A stretch of 64,000 bases of DNA from Chitinibacter sp. GC72 (lineage in GTDB: Bacteria > Pseudomonadota > Gammaproteobacteria > Burkholderiales > Chitinibacteraceae), in the NCBI RefSeq assembly GCF_009760905.1, contig NZ_VIRW01000004.1, positions 39,665 through 103,664 of the forward strand. Direction: 5' to 3'. Numbering within the stretch: position 1 is the stretch's first letter; every line of letters begins with the position of its first letter. The notes under the pieces were generated by a model, which made no database searches, had not been told where the DNA came from, and saw nothing but the letters and a program-made list of their open reading frames with translations. Shown here one piece after another: positions 8,639-17,794 of this stretch. The position numbers and the translations under genes were made by a program.

Positions 8639-9511
8639 TTAGGCAAACACCGATAGATTGCCGCTGCTGGCTAGGCTGGCTAGGCTGGCTTCGCCGCTGG
8701 CGCTGTAGATTGCGCCGCCTTGCTGTATCGCAATTTGCGCTTGCTCATCGGCCACGCTGGCTTCGGCTTTTTGTACCGCTTCTGTGATGTCCTGCAGGCT
8801 TTTTTTGGCCGCGCGCAGCTCGCGCTGATCCATTTCGGTTTTGAGCTGGCGGTTTTCCATGGCCAGCAATTGCTTCAGTTTGTTGCTCAGCTTTTTCACT
8901 TCGGCAAAAAATTCCTTATCACCCGCATCACCTGCCCCACCTGGCCGCCGCTCTGCCGGGCTTTGTGTGCCATCGGCGCGCTGGCTGTCGGTTTTCTCGG
9001 TGGATTTTTCGCCGGATGGTTCGCTGTGTGTTGCGCTGGTTTTTTCGTCGCTGCTGGTTTGCTCGCTGGCTGATGTGCTGCTTTCTGCCAACTCGGCGGC
9101 TGCGCTGGCTGGCTCGCTGCCCGCTTGCCCGGCGGTGGCGCTCTGGCTGGTATTGCTTGTGTTGCTGGCGCTGTCACTGGCGGTCATGCTCGCGCCTGCG
9201 CTGCCGCCGTATTGCGCCACCAGCGCTTTGAGCTCTTTGGCCAGCTCGGCCACCAGGCGCGGATTGCCTTTGCCGATGCCAGCAAAGCGCATCATGTTTT
9301 CAATCCGCTGTTTGAGTTCGGCCATGCGGGCTTTGGCGGCGCTTTTGCGGTCTTGCACGGCTTGGGTGTTGATCTCTTTTGCGCGCGAGAAAAAATCGAG
9401 CCCAATTAGCTTGGCCCCACCTTTTTCGCCCTGCTGCCGGGTATCGCGCTGATTGTCGGGCCGGGCAAGCTGGGTGAGCAAGGGCTTGAGCTGGAATTGG
9501 ATCGGGTTCAT
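8639..9511 (-). CDS. Hypothetical protein with Ser/Thr/Ala-rich low-complexity centre and coiled-coil ends
   Basis: 290-aa ORF with N- and C-terminal predicted coiled coils and a central S/T/A/E-rich linker. No catalytic motifs. Confidence 0.5.
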   Translation of the reverse strand: MNPIQFQLKPLLTQLARPDNQRDTRQQGEKGGAKLIGLDFFSRAKEINTQAVQDRKSAAKARMAELKQRIENMMRFAGIGKGNPRLVAELAKELKALVAQYGGSAGASMTASDSASNTSNTSQSATAGQAGSEPASAAAELAESSTSASEQTSSDEKTSATHSEPSGEKSTEKTDSQRADGTQSPAERRPGGAGDAGDKEFFAEVKKLSNKLKQLLAMENRQLKTEMDQRELRAAKKSLQDITEAVQKAEASVADEQAQIAIQQGGAIYSASGEASLASLASSGNLSVFA

Positions 9512-9618
9512 CGCAGGGCCACCTTTATCGTTGATCCCTACTGTATCGGATGTCTTTGTGAAAGCTATAGGTCAATATTTGGCTGATTCTGACTGCAGTA
9601 CGGCGAACTGCCCCATGC

Positions 9619-9692
9619 AATAAGCGCAACCACCGTTTGCCTGGCTGCCACTGGGCGTATTGCGTTTCGCGTTCAATATTCCCTACCGTGCC
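9619..9692. repeat. Intergenic repeat family copy R2
   Basis: aataagcgcaaccaccgtttgcctggctgccactgggcgtattgcgtttcgcgttcaatattccctaccgtgcc is ~80% identical to R3. Confidence 0.7.
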
Positions 9693-9696
9693 GGGT

Positions 9697-10134
9697 TTAC
9701 GGCAGCAGCGTATGCAGCGTGATTGCGCCCATGGCAAAAATCACGGTGGGCGCGGCCAGCAGGTTGAACGGGGTGTTGACGATGACGCGCTGGTTTTTGA
9801 CCGCCAGCTTGATCGGTTCGCCCGCTCGGTATAGATACACCAGCAGTGAGTTGTCGGCGATATATTCGGCTTCATGCTGGCCGGGGCTGCGGTAGGCGAT
9901 TTTGAGATGTCTGGATTTCGTGCCTTCGGTGAGCGAATTGCGCGTTACCACGGCTTGTACGGTGCCGGTGATGTGGGTGGCGGTGAGGACAAATCTGATC
10001 CGGTAGGCCAATAGCCATAATGCCAGCACAATGCAGCCGTAGCCGATCAGGGTGAAATACAGCGTCATGTTGGCGTCCACAATTTGGGTAGTGAGTGAGG
10101 TAAGGCTTGGGCTTTTGGGGCTTTTTTCGGCCAC
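9697..10134 (-). CDS. Small membrane protein (DUF3592-like: TM - beta-rich domain - TM)
   Basis: Probable start MTLYFTLIGYGCIVLALWLLAY (near 10068). C-terminal TM LLAAPTVIFAMGAITL. Confidence 0.5.
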   Translation of the reverse strand: MAEKSPKSPSLTSLTTQIVDANMTLYFTLIGYGCIVLALWLLAYRIRFVLTATHITGTVQAVVTRNSLTEGTKSRHLKIAYRSPGQHEAEYIADNSLLVYLYRAGEPIKLAVKNQRVIVNTPFNLLAAPTVIFAMGAITLHTLLP

Positions 10135-10194
10135 CAGTCCAGCACATTAGTAGCGTATTGGCTGTGGCTTGTCTAGCACGGTACGCCGCCTGTA

Positions 10195-10271
10195 ATAAGC
10201 GCCACTGCCGTTTGCTTGGTCGCCACTGGGTGTATTGCCGCGTTGCGTCGAATACCCCCTACCTTTCTGCC
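10195..10271. repeat. Intergenic repeat family copy R3
   Basis: aataagcgccactgccgtttgcttggtcgccactgggtgtattgccgcgttgcgtcgaataccccctacctttctgcc. Confidence 0.7.
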
Positions 10272-10415
10272 TACAGGCCACTCCCCCATCCTCAGCGGTG
10301 CAATTCGCTGCGCTCAGTGCACCCTACTCCTGCTCAATACCCTGTCACGTATCAGGCTGAAACTCAGTATGAATATGGCTTCTGCGCCAATACCCATCAC
10401 CTCCCGCCAGCTCAA

Positions 10416-12005
10416 TTATTCCTCCGCCTCCAGCTCGCCAAACAAATCCGGCTGGGTTTGGCTGGGGGTGATTCGTTGGGTTTTGCGGCGTTGGCCGTGG
10501 CGGGCTGGGCTGCGGCTGCCGTGTTTTTGGTAGACGGCTTTGGCTTGTTCGCGCAGTTGGGGCTGGCTGCGCCGCCAGTCGCTAATTTTTTGCTTGGCGG
10601 CGTGCAGCGAGGTTTGCCAATCTACCACCGGCCACGGATAGTCGCGGCCGAGGATGCAGCCGGCTTCTAATTGAATCGCCGGCGGCATTTGCCATGGCTC
10701 GAAGATGCACCAGTCGGGCACGCGGCGTAGCGCGGGTAGCCAGTGGCGGACAAATGCGCCGCGAGGGTCGTGTTCCTGGGCTTGTTTGATCGGGTTGTAA
10801 ATGCGCAGCGTGTTGATGCCGGTGACGCCCGATTGCATTTGCACTTGCGGGTAATGAATGCCCGGCTCGTAGTCGAGAAACAGCCGCGCTAGCCGGGCGG
10901 CGGGTTGTGGCCAGTGTAGCCATAGGTTGTAGCTGGCAAAGCTGACCAGCATGGCGCGCATGCGAAAATTGATCCAGCCGGTGTGGCGCAGCATGGCCAT
11001 GCTGGCGTCGATCAGCGGGTAGCCGGTTTCGCCATTGGCCCAGGCCTGAAAATGCGCGCGGTTGAAGTCGGCTTCGCGCAGGCCGGCGTAGCCTGCGTGC
11101 TGCGGGGCGATTTCCAGCTCGGGCTCGCTTTCGAGTTTTTGCATGAAATGGCAATGCCAGTGCAGCCGGCTTTCAAAGCTGCGCAGCGAGGTGCGCCAAC
11201 GCTGCTCGGCGGCTTGTTCGGGCGATAATTGCGCGACGCGCCGCCGCGTGGCTTGCACAATTTCGCGCAGCGATAGACAGCCAAAGCTCAGGTACGGCGA
11301 TAGCCGCGAGCAGGCCGATACGGCTTTGAGCGGGCTGGAAATGCCGCCGCGATATTGTCCGCCGCGCTCGAATAAAAACGCCTGCAGCGTGGCCACCGCA
11401 GCGCGCCGGCCGCCGTGCTGGCGGGCGGCAAAGTCGCTGTCCCACAGCCGCAGCGGGATTTGGTCGATTTGCTCAATCGTCGGGTGCGGCCAGTGCGCTA
11501 GCGCGGCGTCTTGGGCGCTGGTGACTTTGGGCGCGGTAGCGGCGGCGAGGCGCTCGCTCCAGTAGCCATGCCAGTGGTCGCGATTGCGTAGCCGACGCAC
11601 TACGCCATTTTGTGGCCATTCTTGCCACGGTAGGCCTTGCTGCCGACACCAGTCGCCCACTGCGCGATCACGCGCAAAGCTTGCCAGATTGCCGGTTTCT
11701 TCATGCGAATACAGCCCCGCCAGCGGCACTTGGCTGTGCAGCCATTGCAAGGCATCGCGCATTTCGCCATGAAATAGATACAACCGCAGCCCGCAGCGCT
11801 GCAGATCATGCGCCAGCTCTTGCAGACATTCGCGCGCAAACCCCCAATGGCCTGCGCTGTAGTCGGGCTGGCTTTGCTGGCTAGGCTCGATGCAATACAA
11901 CGCCAACACCGGCCCACGCTGGCTGGCTTGCCACAGGGGCCAGTGATCATGCAGGCGCAGGTCTTTTTTAAACCAGACCAGATGGATGGGGGTATTGATG
12001 GGCAT
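10416..12005 (-). CDS. Cryptochrome/deoxyribodipyrimidine photolyase family protein
   Basis: N-terminal photolyase alpha/beta domain (IHLVWFKKDLRLHDHWPL) and FAD-binding domain (TG.P..DA.MR.L..TGW..NR.R). Unusual basic C-terminal tail. Confidence 0.8.
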   Translation of the reverse strand: MPINTPIHLVWFKKDLRLHDHWPLWQASQRGPVLALYCIEPSQQSQPDYSAGHWGFARECLQELAHDLQRCGLRLYLFHGEMRDALQWLHSQVPLAGLYSHEETGNLASFARDRAVGDWCRQQGLPWQEWPQNGVVRRLRNRDHWHGYWSERLAAATAPKVTSAQDAALAHWPHPTIEQIDQIPLRLWDSDFAARQHGGRRAAVATLQAFLFERGGQYRGGISSPLKAVSACSRLSPYLSFGCLSLREIVQATRRRVAQLSPEQAAEQRWRTSLRSFESRLHWHCHFMQKLESEPELEIAPQHAGYAGLREADFNRAHFQAWANGETGYPLIDASMAMLRHTGWINFRMRAMLVSFASYNLWLHWPQPAARLARLFLDYEPGIHYPQVQMQSGVTGINTLRIYNPIKQAQEHDPRGAFVRHWLPALRRVPDWCIFEPWQMPPAIQLEAGCILGRDYPWPVVDWQTSLHAAKQKISDWRRSQPQLREQAKAVYQKHGSRSPARHGQRRKTQRITPSQTQPDLFGELEAEE

Positions 12006-12043
12006 GTTCAGATTTTGTGTTGATATGGTTGAAAATGAACTGA

Positions 12044-12162
12044 ACTAGCCCCTTCCCCCTTGATGGGGGAAGGTTGGGATGGGGGTGAAAATGCTTGATT
12101 TGACGATAAATCCAAGATATCACCCTCACCCTAGCCCTCTCCCGTCAAGGGAGAGGGAACAA
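12044..12162. repeat. Cluster of GC-rich REP-like hairpins
   Basis: ccccttcccccttgatgggggaagg and ccctctcccgtcaagggagaggg stems, plus gggatgggggtga / tcaccctcaccc imperfect pair. Confidence 0.6.
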
Positions 12163-12270
12163 AAGCAATTCCACGGCTCAAAAAGCCATCAACACGTAAT
12201 CTGAAAATTACCATTTTGATGTGGGTATTGCTTTGTATGTATTGATATTATTAGGCTAGATAGCAATACC

Positions 12271-13023
12271 CTAGATTTTCGGCAAAGGATGCAAGACCGC
12301 ATGGCCGCCGTCGACGCCAATTTGTTGGCCGGTGATCCAGCGGGCGTCGTCGCTGAGCAAAAAAGCGATGAGCGCAGCGCTGTCGTCGCCACTGCCGATC
12401 AGGCCCATCGGATTCATCTTGGCATTGCGCTCGCAGGCTTCGTCGGTGCCGGTCATCCGTGCGGTCAGTGCCGAGCGGGTTAGCCCCGGCATAATCGCGT
12501 TCACCCGTATGCCGCGCTCGGCATAGGTGGCGGCGCTGGTTTGTGCCAGACTGGCGACGGCGGCTTTGGCGCTGGCGATGATCTCGTGGTTGGGAAATCC
12601 GGCGCTGGCGACCAGCGAGCCGACCAATACTGCACTGGCTGGGGTTTTTTGCCGTAGTTGCAGGGCGATAAAGGCTTTTAGCGTATAAAAGGCGCTGAAA
12701 TAATTGGCGGCGAATACCTGCTGTGCATCATTGGCACTGCTTAAATGCAGCGGTTTGATCAGCGTGCTGCCAACGCAATGCGCCAGCCGATCGGGGATAA
12801 ACCCGAGCTGGATGGCGGTCTGGATGGTTTGCTCGGCGGTGTCCGCCAGCGTGAGATCGGCGGGCAGCACCAGCGCGCTCTGGGGTAGCTGATTGGCCAA
12901 AGCCAGCAGTGCGCCCTCGTCGCGCGCGGTGAGCACTAGCCGCCAGCCCTGCTGACTAAGCCGCCGCGCCAGCGCGCTACCCATAGCGCCACTGGCGCCA
13001 GTAATCCAAGCAGTGTGAGCCAT
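12271..13023 (-). CDS. SDR-family oxidoreductase
   Basis: TGASGAMGSALARRL Rossmann motif. Size 250 aa. Confidence 0.8.
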   Translation of the reverse strand: MAHTAWITGASGAMGSALARRLSQQGWRLVLTARDEGALLALANQLPQSALVLPADLTLADTAEQTIQTAIQLGFIPDRLAHCVGSTLIKPLHLSSANDAQQVFAANYFSAFYTLKAFIALQLRQKTPASAVLVGSLVASAGFPNHEIIASAKAAVASLAQTSAATYAERGIRVNAIMPGLTRSALTARMTGTDEACERNAKMNPMGLIGSGDDSAALIAFLLSDDARWITGQQIGVDGGHAVLHPLPKI

Positions 13024-13119
13024 GCAGACCTCCCGATACCTTGCAGCGCGAATAGTTACCAGTTGGTATATTGCGCTACTGGTTGGTAATTGTCGAGTGG
13101 CCTGCTTGTGGGCTGTGAT

Positions 13120-13617
13120 TTATTCGGCGCGGGTCTCGGCAGTGATCACCGGCAGGCCGCTGGCTTGGGATAGTGCGGCGGCGGTGGCTTGGGCGGTGGC
13201 CAGATTGCGGGCGGTGGCGGGCCAGTTGGCAAAGGCAAAGCGCTCGACTTGCCCGGCCTGCTCGCCATCGCCTTTTTGGCCGCAGATCATCAGCCAAATG
13301 GTGTCTTTGCGAAACAGATTCGGGTCTTGCTCAAGACGGATTTCGCTAAATGCGCTGACTGGCTCGCTGAGTGTACGCAGCGTAATCAGGCCCAATAGCA
13401 TGGTTCGGCGCTCGAATATCCCTTTGGCAAAGCGCTGCTCACTCGGCAAAGCCCAGAATAGCGCCATGCCAGCCAGGATCGAGTAGTAAAACAGGCCATA
13501 AAAATGGTTTTCAAACTGGTCGGACAGCACCAGTGGTTTGCCCCACCAGGCCAGCGCCAGCAGAACTGCGCCAGAAAGCCACCAGCCGGGGCTGCTGGTG
13601 CTGCGATGAATAATCAT
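13120..13617 (-). CDS. Hypothetical membrane protein
   Basis: Two predicted TM helices (WWLSGAVLLALAWW; FYGLFYYSILAGMALFWAL). No known motif. Confidence 0.45.
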   Translation of the reverse strand: MIIHRSTSSPGWWLSGAVLLALAWWGKPLVLSDQFENHFYGLFYYSILAGMALFWALPSEQRFAKGIFERRTMLLGLITLRTLSEPVSAFSEIRLEQDPNLFRKDTIWLMICGQKGDGEQAGQVERFAFANWPATARNLATAQATAAALSQASGLPVITAETRAE

Positions 13618-14143
13618 GATTTATCCTTTGGGTATTGGCTTGAAGGCTAGTTTGAGGTTGCTCTGCAGGGCAATACCCTGATTTTTTGGCAATGTTCTCA
13701 ATTCGAGTTGATTGTTTTTAGCGCCTTCGGCGCGATGTTTTACAGTCGCAATCCGCGACGGGGACTCACTTTCTTTGCTTCGCCAAGAGAAGGTAAGCAA
13801 GAGAAGGCGACCCCCGCCTGCGGCCCTCCGGGCTATAAGCCTTAGGCCACGGTCTACGCTAAGGCAACAAGTTGCCAAGCTCCGCCACGCCTCGGTCGGT
13901 CGCGAGCCAAACGATAAAGCCATTTGTCTCGCTCCACTCCCTCGGCGATGGGCGACAGGGGATTTTAAGCCCCAGATCCAGCAGCGCAGCTCGGATCAAC
14001 ACGTATTGAGAACATCACCATTTCCTAGCGGGCTGCTTGATCGGTGTTGAGGTGCTTGATTCATCACTGTGCTAGCTTTTTCTCACATCAAGGACATCGG
14101 GGAACAGCCATAAGCCGACCCTCAACACCGCCGTATTGCCTGC

Positions 14144-15193
14144 TTAATCCTGCAATTTCCACGCGATGGTTTCGCCTGCGCGCAGTGGCACGACGACGCT
14201 ATCGCCAAACTGGTATTCGGCCGGTACTGTCCAGCTCTCTTTCACCAGAGTCACTTTTTCTTCGCTCACGGGCAGGCCGTAGAAAGTCGGGCCGTTGTTG
14301 CTGGCGAAGGTTTCGAGTTTGTCGAGCGCGTTGGCCGCCTCAAACACTTCGGCGTACAGCGGCAAAGCCGCGTGTGCGGTGTACATACCAGCACAGCCGC
14401 AAGATGATTCTTTCGCGCCTTTGGCGTGCGGCGCGCTGTCGGTGCCGAGGAAAAACTTGCTGCGAATGGCCACGTCGCTCGAGGTCACCGCGCGCACCAA
14501 GGCTTGGCGATGCACTTCGCGTTTCAGAATCGGCAGGCAGTACAGATGCGGGCGAATGCCGCCGACCAGCATGGCGTTGCGGTTCATTAGTAAGTGGTGC
14601 GCTGTCACGGTCGCGGCCACATTTGGACCTGCGCTGGCGACAAACTCAGCCGCATCTTTGGTGGTGATATGCTCGAAAACCACGCGAAGATCGGGAAATT
14701 TCGCCAATAATGGCAGCATAATCCGGTCGATAAACACCGCTTCGCGATCGAAAATATCAATTTCGCTATCGACCACTTCGCCGTGCACCAGAAACGGCAG
14801 CCCGACTTCGGCCATTTTGGCGATGGTCGGCAGCACTTTATTCACATCGGTACAGCCTGCGTCCGAGTTGGTGGTGGCGCCCGCCGGATACAATTTTACG
14901 CCGTGCACAAAGCCGCTGTTTTTGGCCGCGACGATATCTTCCGGGGTGGTATTGTCGGTGAGATACAGCGTCATCAGGGGCTGGAACGAAACCCCGGCTG
15001 GCAGCGCGGCCAAAATACGCTCGCGATACTCGCCTGCCAGCTTGGCATTGGTCACTGGCGGCTTCAGATTGGGCATCACAATAGCGCGGCCAAATTCACG
15101 CGCAGTATGTGGCAATACGCTAGCCAGGCCTGCGCCATCGCGCAGGTGCAAATGCCAGTCATCAGGGCGGGCAATCGTTAAAGTTTGGGTCAT
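14144..15193 (-). CDS. pyrC: Dihydroorotase (homodimeric type II)
   Basis: DWHLHLRDG metal-binding motif. 349 aa with end-to-end E. coli PyrC-like sequence. Confidence 0.9.
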   Translation of the reverse strand: MTQTLTIARPDDWHLHLRDGAGLASVLPHTAREFGRAIVMPNLKPPVTNAKLAGEYRERILAALPAGVSFQPLMTLYLTDNTTPEDIVAAKNSGFVHGVKLYPAGATTNSDAGCTDVNKVLPTIAKMAEVGLPFLVHGEVVDSEIDIFDREAVFIDRIMLPLLAKFPDLRVVFEHITTKDAAEFVASAGPNVAATVTAHHLLMNRNAMLVGGIRPHLYCLPILKREVHRQALVRAVTSSDVAIRSKFFLGTDSAPHAKGAKESSCGCAGMYTAHAALPLYAEVFEAANALDKLETFASNNGPTFYGLPVSEEKVTLVKESWTVPAEYQFGDSVVVPLRAGETIAWKLQD

Positions 15194-15283
15194 GATGATT
15201 TCCAGTGAGGTGTAAGGGGTTGGGCGTGAGGGGCAAGGGCGTTCGGGGTCAAGGTTTTCACCTTACTCCTTTCACCTCGCTCC

Positions 15284-15523
15284 TTACCTTTTTTGGATCA
15301 GAAACAGAAATTTGCCATCGGCTTGCCAGTGCTCGACCAGCTCGTTGCCGGTTTGCTTGCAGAAGGCGGCAAAATCGGTCGGCGTGGCCGGGTCGGTGCA
15401 CGTCACTTGCAGCAATTGGCCGCTTTCCAGCGCGGCCAGTGCTTTCTTGGTGCGCAAAATCGGCAAGGGGCAATTCAGGCCGGATAAATCGGTCTGCAGA
15501 TTGGCTTCGGGGCGATTGGACAT
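15284..15523 (-). CDS. TusA-like sulfurtransferase
   Basis: LDLSGLNCPLPIL conserved Cys motif. Likely start MSNRPEANL (ORF track extends to 15592). Confidence 0.7.
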   Translation of the reverse strand: MSNRPEANLQTDLSGLNCPLPILRTKKALAALESGQLLQVTCTDPATPTDFAAFCKQTGNELVEHWQADGKFLFLIQKR

Positions 15524-15759
15524 AAACGGCTCGGCTGCGGCATGGTTGAATGCCGATATTGTACCAAGCCTGTCAAAGACGGGCAGCGCCAATCGCAGGG
15601 TAATCAGGGTATGGCCCGCTGGCTGAATGGGGGTGGCTCATTCGGGCTTATACCTCATCCATAATCGCAGCAAATTAGTCGGCCTGGCCTTGAAACTTTC
15701 TGCTTTGCCCGCCATCTGATTGCACGCAGCACTGGCTGCGTCCTTCTTCGAGAGAAATC

Positions 15760-16527
15760 ATGTTTAAAAAATTGTTTGCTTCCATTGGCGTCGGCGGCGC
15801 GACGGTGAATACAGTGCTGGACAATGCCAGCGTTTACCCCGGCGGCACTTTAAGCGGCCATGTGGAAGTTCAGGGCGGCAGCGTAGAGCAGCGAATCGAA
15901 CACATCCGGCTGGTGCTGATGGCCGAGGCTGAGCGCGATACCGAGCATGGCGAGGCGCGGGTGGCGCAGCCGATTGGCCAGTTTCAGGCCTCTGGCGCGC
16001 TGGTGGTCAAAGCCGGTGAAACCCTGCGCCTGCCGTTTTCTCTCTCGCTGCCGCTGGAGACGCCGGTGAACAATGGCATTGCGCTCTCAACCCCGGGGTA
16101 TCCGTATCAACCCCAGGTGCGTGCTGCGGTGTGGGTGCATACCGACCTGGCGATTGCCTCGGCTGTCGATGCGCAGGATCGTGATTATCTGGATGTTCAT
16201 CCGCTGCCGCAAATGCAGCGCCTGATCGCGGCGATGGGTGTGCTGGGCTATGCGCACACCAGCTGCGATGTCGAGCTGGGCTCGGTGCGGGTTAATGATG
16301 TTTACAGCAGTCTGGGTTGCTATCAGGAGTTTGAATTCCGCCCAGCACAAGGCTTTTTTGGCCGGGTGCAGGAAGTGGAAATCAGCTGCATTCCACGCAG
16401 CGAAGGCGTGCATGTGCTGATTGAAGTCGATCGCCGCTTTAGTGGCGATAGCTACCGCGCCCTGCTGATGGGGCACGACTGGCAAAGCGTTGATTGGGAA
16501 AGCCGCCTGCGCAGTATTATTGGCTAA
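15760..16527 (+). CDS. SpoOM-family (sporulation-control Spo0M-like, arrestin-fold) protein
   Basis: N-terminus MFKKLFASIGVGGATVNTVLDN...YPGGTLSGHVEVQGG is characteristic of the SpoOM family. Confidence 0.7.
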   Translation: MFKKLFASIGVGGATVNTVLDNASVYPGGTLSGHVEVQGGSVEQRIEHIRLVLMAEAERDTEHGEARVAQPIGQFQASGALVVKAGETLRLPFSLSLPLETPVNNGIALSTPGYPYQPQVRAAVWVHTDLAIASAVDAQDRDYLDVHPLPQMQRLIAAMGVLGYAHTSCDVELGSVRVNDVYSSLGCYQEFEFRPAQGFFGRVQEVEISCIPRSEGVHVLIEVDRRFSGDSYRALLMGHDWQSVDWESRLRSIIG

Positions 16528-17552
16528 TTGCCCAGCTGCGCCAGAAAATACGCCGCCACTTTCCGGTTCACCGTGGCGGTTTCGCGGCGGTCAAAACGCG
16601 GCGGGTCGGCGATCAGCTTGATCAGCAGCGGGTCACGGTAGGCGCGGATGGGCGAGAGCATCGCACCGTGCCCGCCGTACTGAAAATCATGCAGCAGGCT
16701 GCAGCGGCGGCAGGCCTGCAAAATCGGGTCGCTGTGAAACTCCGGGTGCAGCCATTGATCCTGCCGCGAAGTAATCAGCGTAAATGGTACTTTGGCGGGA
16801 GCCAGGCTTTGCGGGAGGATATTGCTGGCATACGGCACGGCGGCCACAATGGCCGCAATCCGTGGCTCGTGATAGCTGTATTCGCGGCGCTCGCTAAACC
16901 GCCAGCGCAGCACCTGCAGCACGATGGCGGTTTTAACCTCATCCAGCCAGTTGCCCCGCTGGGCAAACACCAGCCCGGCGCAGGCATTGAAATCCTGCCG
17001 GATATGCTGCTCGCAATGGCTGACTAGCCGTGCAGGCGACCAGCGAGCGCCCGCTAGTGTCAGCGCCGTGTGCCCACCGGCTGATAAACCATACATTCCA
17101 ACACGATCAAGGCGCAAATGCGGTGAAAAGCGCCGATCTTCGGCCATTGCATCAATGGCTGCCGAGATTTCAGCCGGGCGGGTTTTCCAGCTTTCCGGGC
17201 CTGCCGCGCTGTTGTCGCCACGATGGTCGCCCTTGTGCTGCGGCAGCGCAACGACAAATCCGGCCTCAACCAGCGTGCGCGCCAGATCCGCGTAGGACGA
17301 CGCCGCGCTGCCCGAGCCATGCGAAATCACGATCAGGCGGCCATTGCCCGGCTGGGGCGGCGCATTGGGCAAGGCAGCAAAGCTGACCTCGTCCTGCGTC
17401 AATGGCACATTCTGCCCCAGCGCCGGATAAAACACGGTGATTTCGGGGCGGCCCGCCTGCGCCGGGATTTTGCTCATCCCGGTGGCAGCCAAGCAGGGCG
17501 GGATGAGCGCGGCAAAAAGGCAAAGCGCACGGATTATGGCGGCGAGCGGCAT
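16524..17552 (-). CDS. Secreted alpha/beta hydrolase (dienelactone hydrolase/PAF-acetylhydrolase-like)
   Basis: Signal peptide. Nucleophile elbow GLSAGG and HGSGS motif. Confidence 0.65.
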   Translation of the reverse strand: MPLAAIIRALCLFAALIPPCLAATGMSKIPAQAGRPEITVFYPALGQNVPLTQDEVSFAALPNAPPQPGNGRLIVISHGSGSAASSYADLARTLVEAGFVVALPQHKGDHRGDNSAAGPESWKTRPAEISAAIDAMAEDRRFSPHLRLDRVGMYGLSAGGHTALTLAGARWSPARLVSHCEQHIRQDFNACAGLVFAQRGNWLDEVKTAIVLQVLRWRFSERREYSYHEPRIAAIVAAVPYASNILPQSLAPAKVPFTLITSRQDQWLHPEFHSDPILQACRRCSLLHDFQYGGHGAMLSPIRAYRDPLLIKLIADPPRFDRRETATVNRKVAAYFLAQLGN

Positions 17553-17794
17553 AGGGTTTATACGGAATCAAACAGATTAGGAGCTTAGTCGGCATTGCCG
17601 GTGGTGGCAATCGGGCTTTATGACGCCCGGCGGGCGCGGTGTGGCCGAAATATTGTGCGGCTGCAGCAAAATCGTGACCTTGTTTCAAGGCAGCGCCATA
17701 ATGGTTTACAAAGGCAAAAGGTTTACGCTGCCGCTTTGTGCCTGGCGTGAGCGCTTTTGCATATCACCGATCGCTGTATCATCTGGAGTTTGCC

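Noticed and set aside
8841-9452. Several plus-strand ORFs (8458..8787, 8720..9073, 8841..9452, 8965..9231, 9125..9409) overlapping the 8639..9511 minus-strand gene
   Set aside because: Cys/Arg/Trp-rich junk translations typical of antisense frames in GC-rich DNA. The minus-strand frame gives a coherent coiled-coil/low-complexity protein.
10582-11565. Multiple ORFs inside or antisense to the photolyase-family gene (10582..11154, 11012..11284, 11143..11565, 11173..11445)
   Set aside because: They overlap a CDS with clear FAD-binding photolyase motifs. Arg/Pro-rich spurious frames.
13620-14143. tmRNA (ssrA), RNase P RNA, 6S or SRP RNA in the ORF-free region after pyrC
   Set aside because: Searched both strands by eye for the tag-peptide ORF ending ALAA-stop, the tRNA-like 3' end, and the RNase P P4 consensus (GGAAAGUCCGG / ACAGAAnCCGGCUUA). 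None is present. It is kept only as an unclassified structured/IR-rich region.
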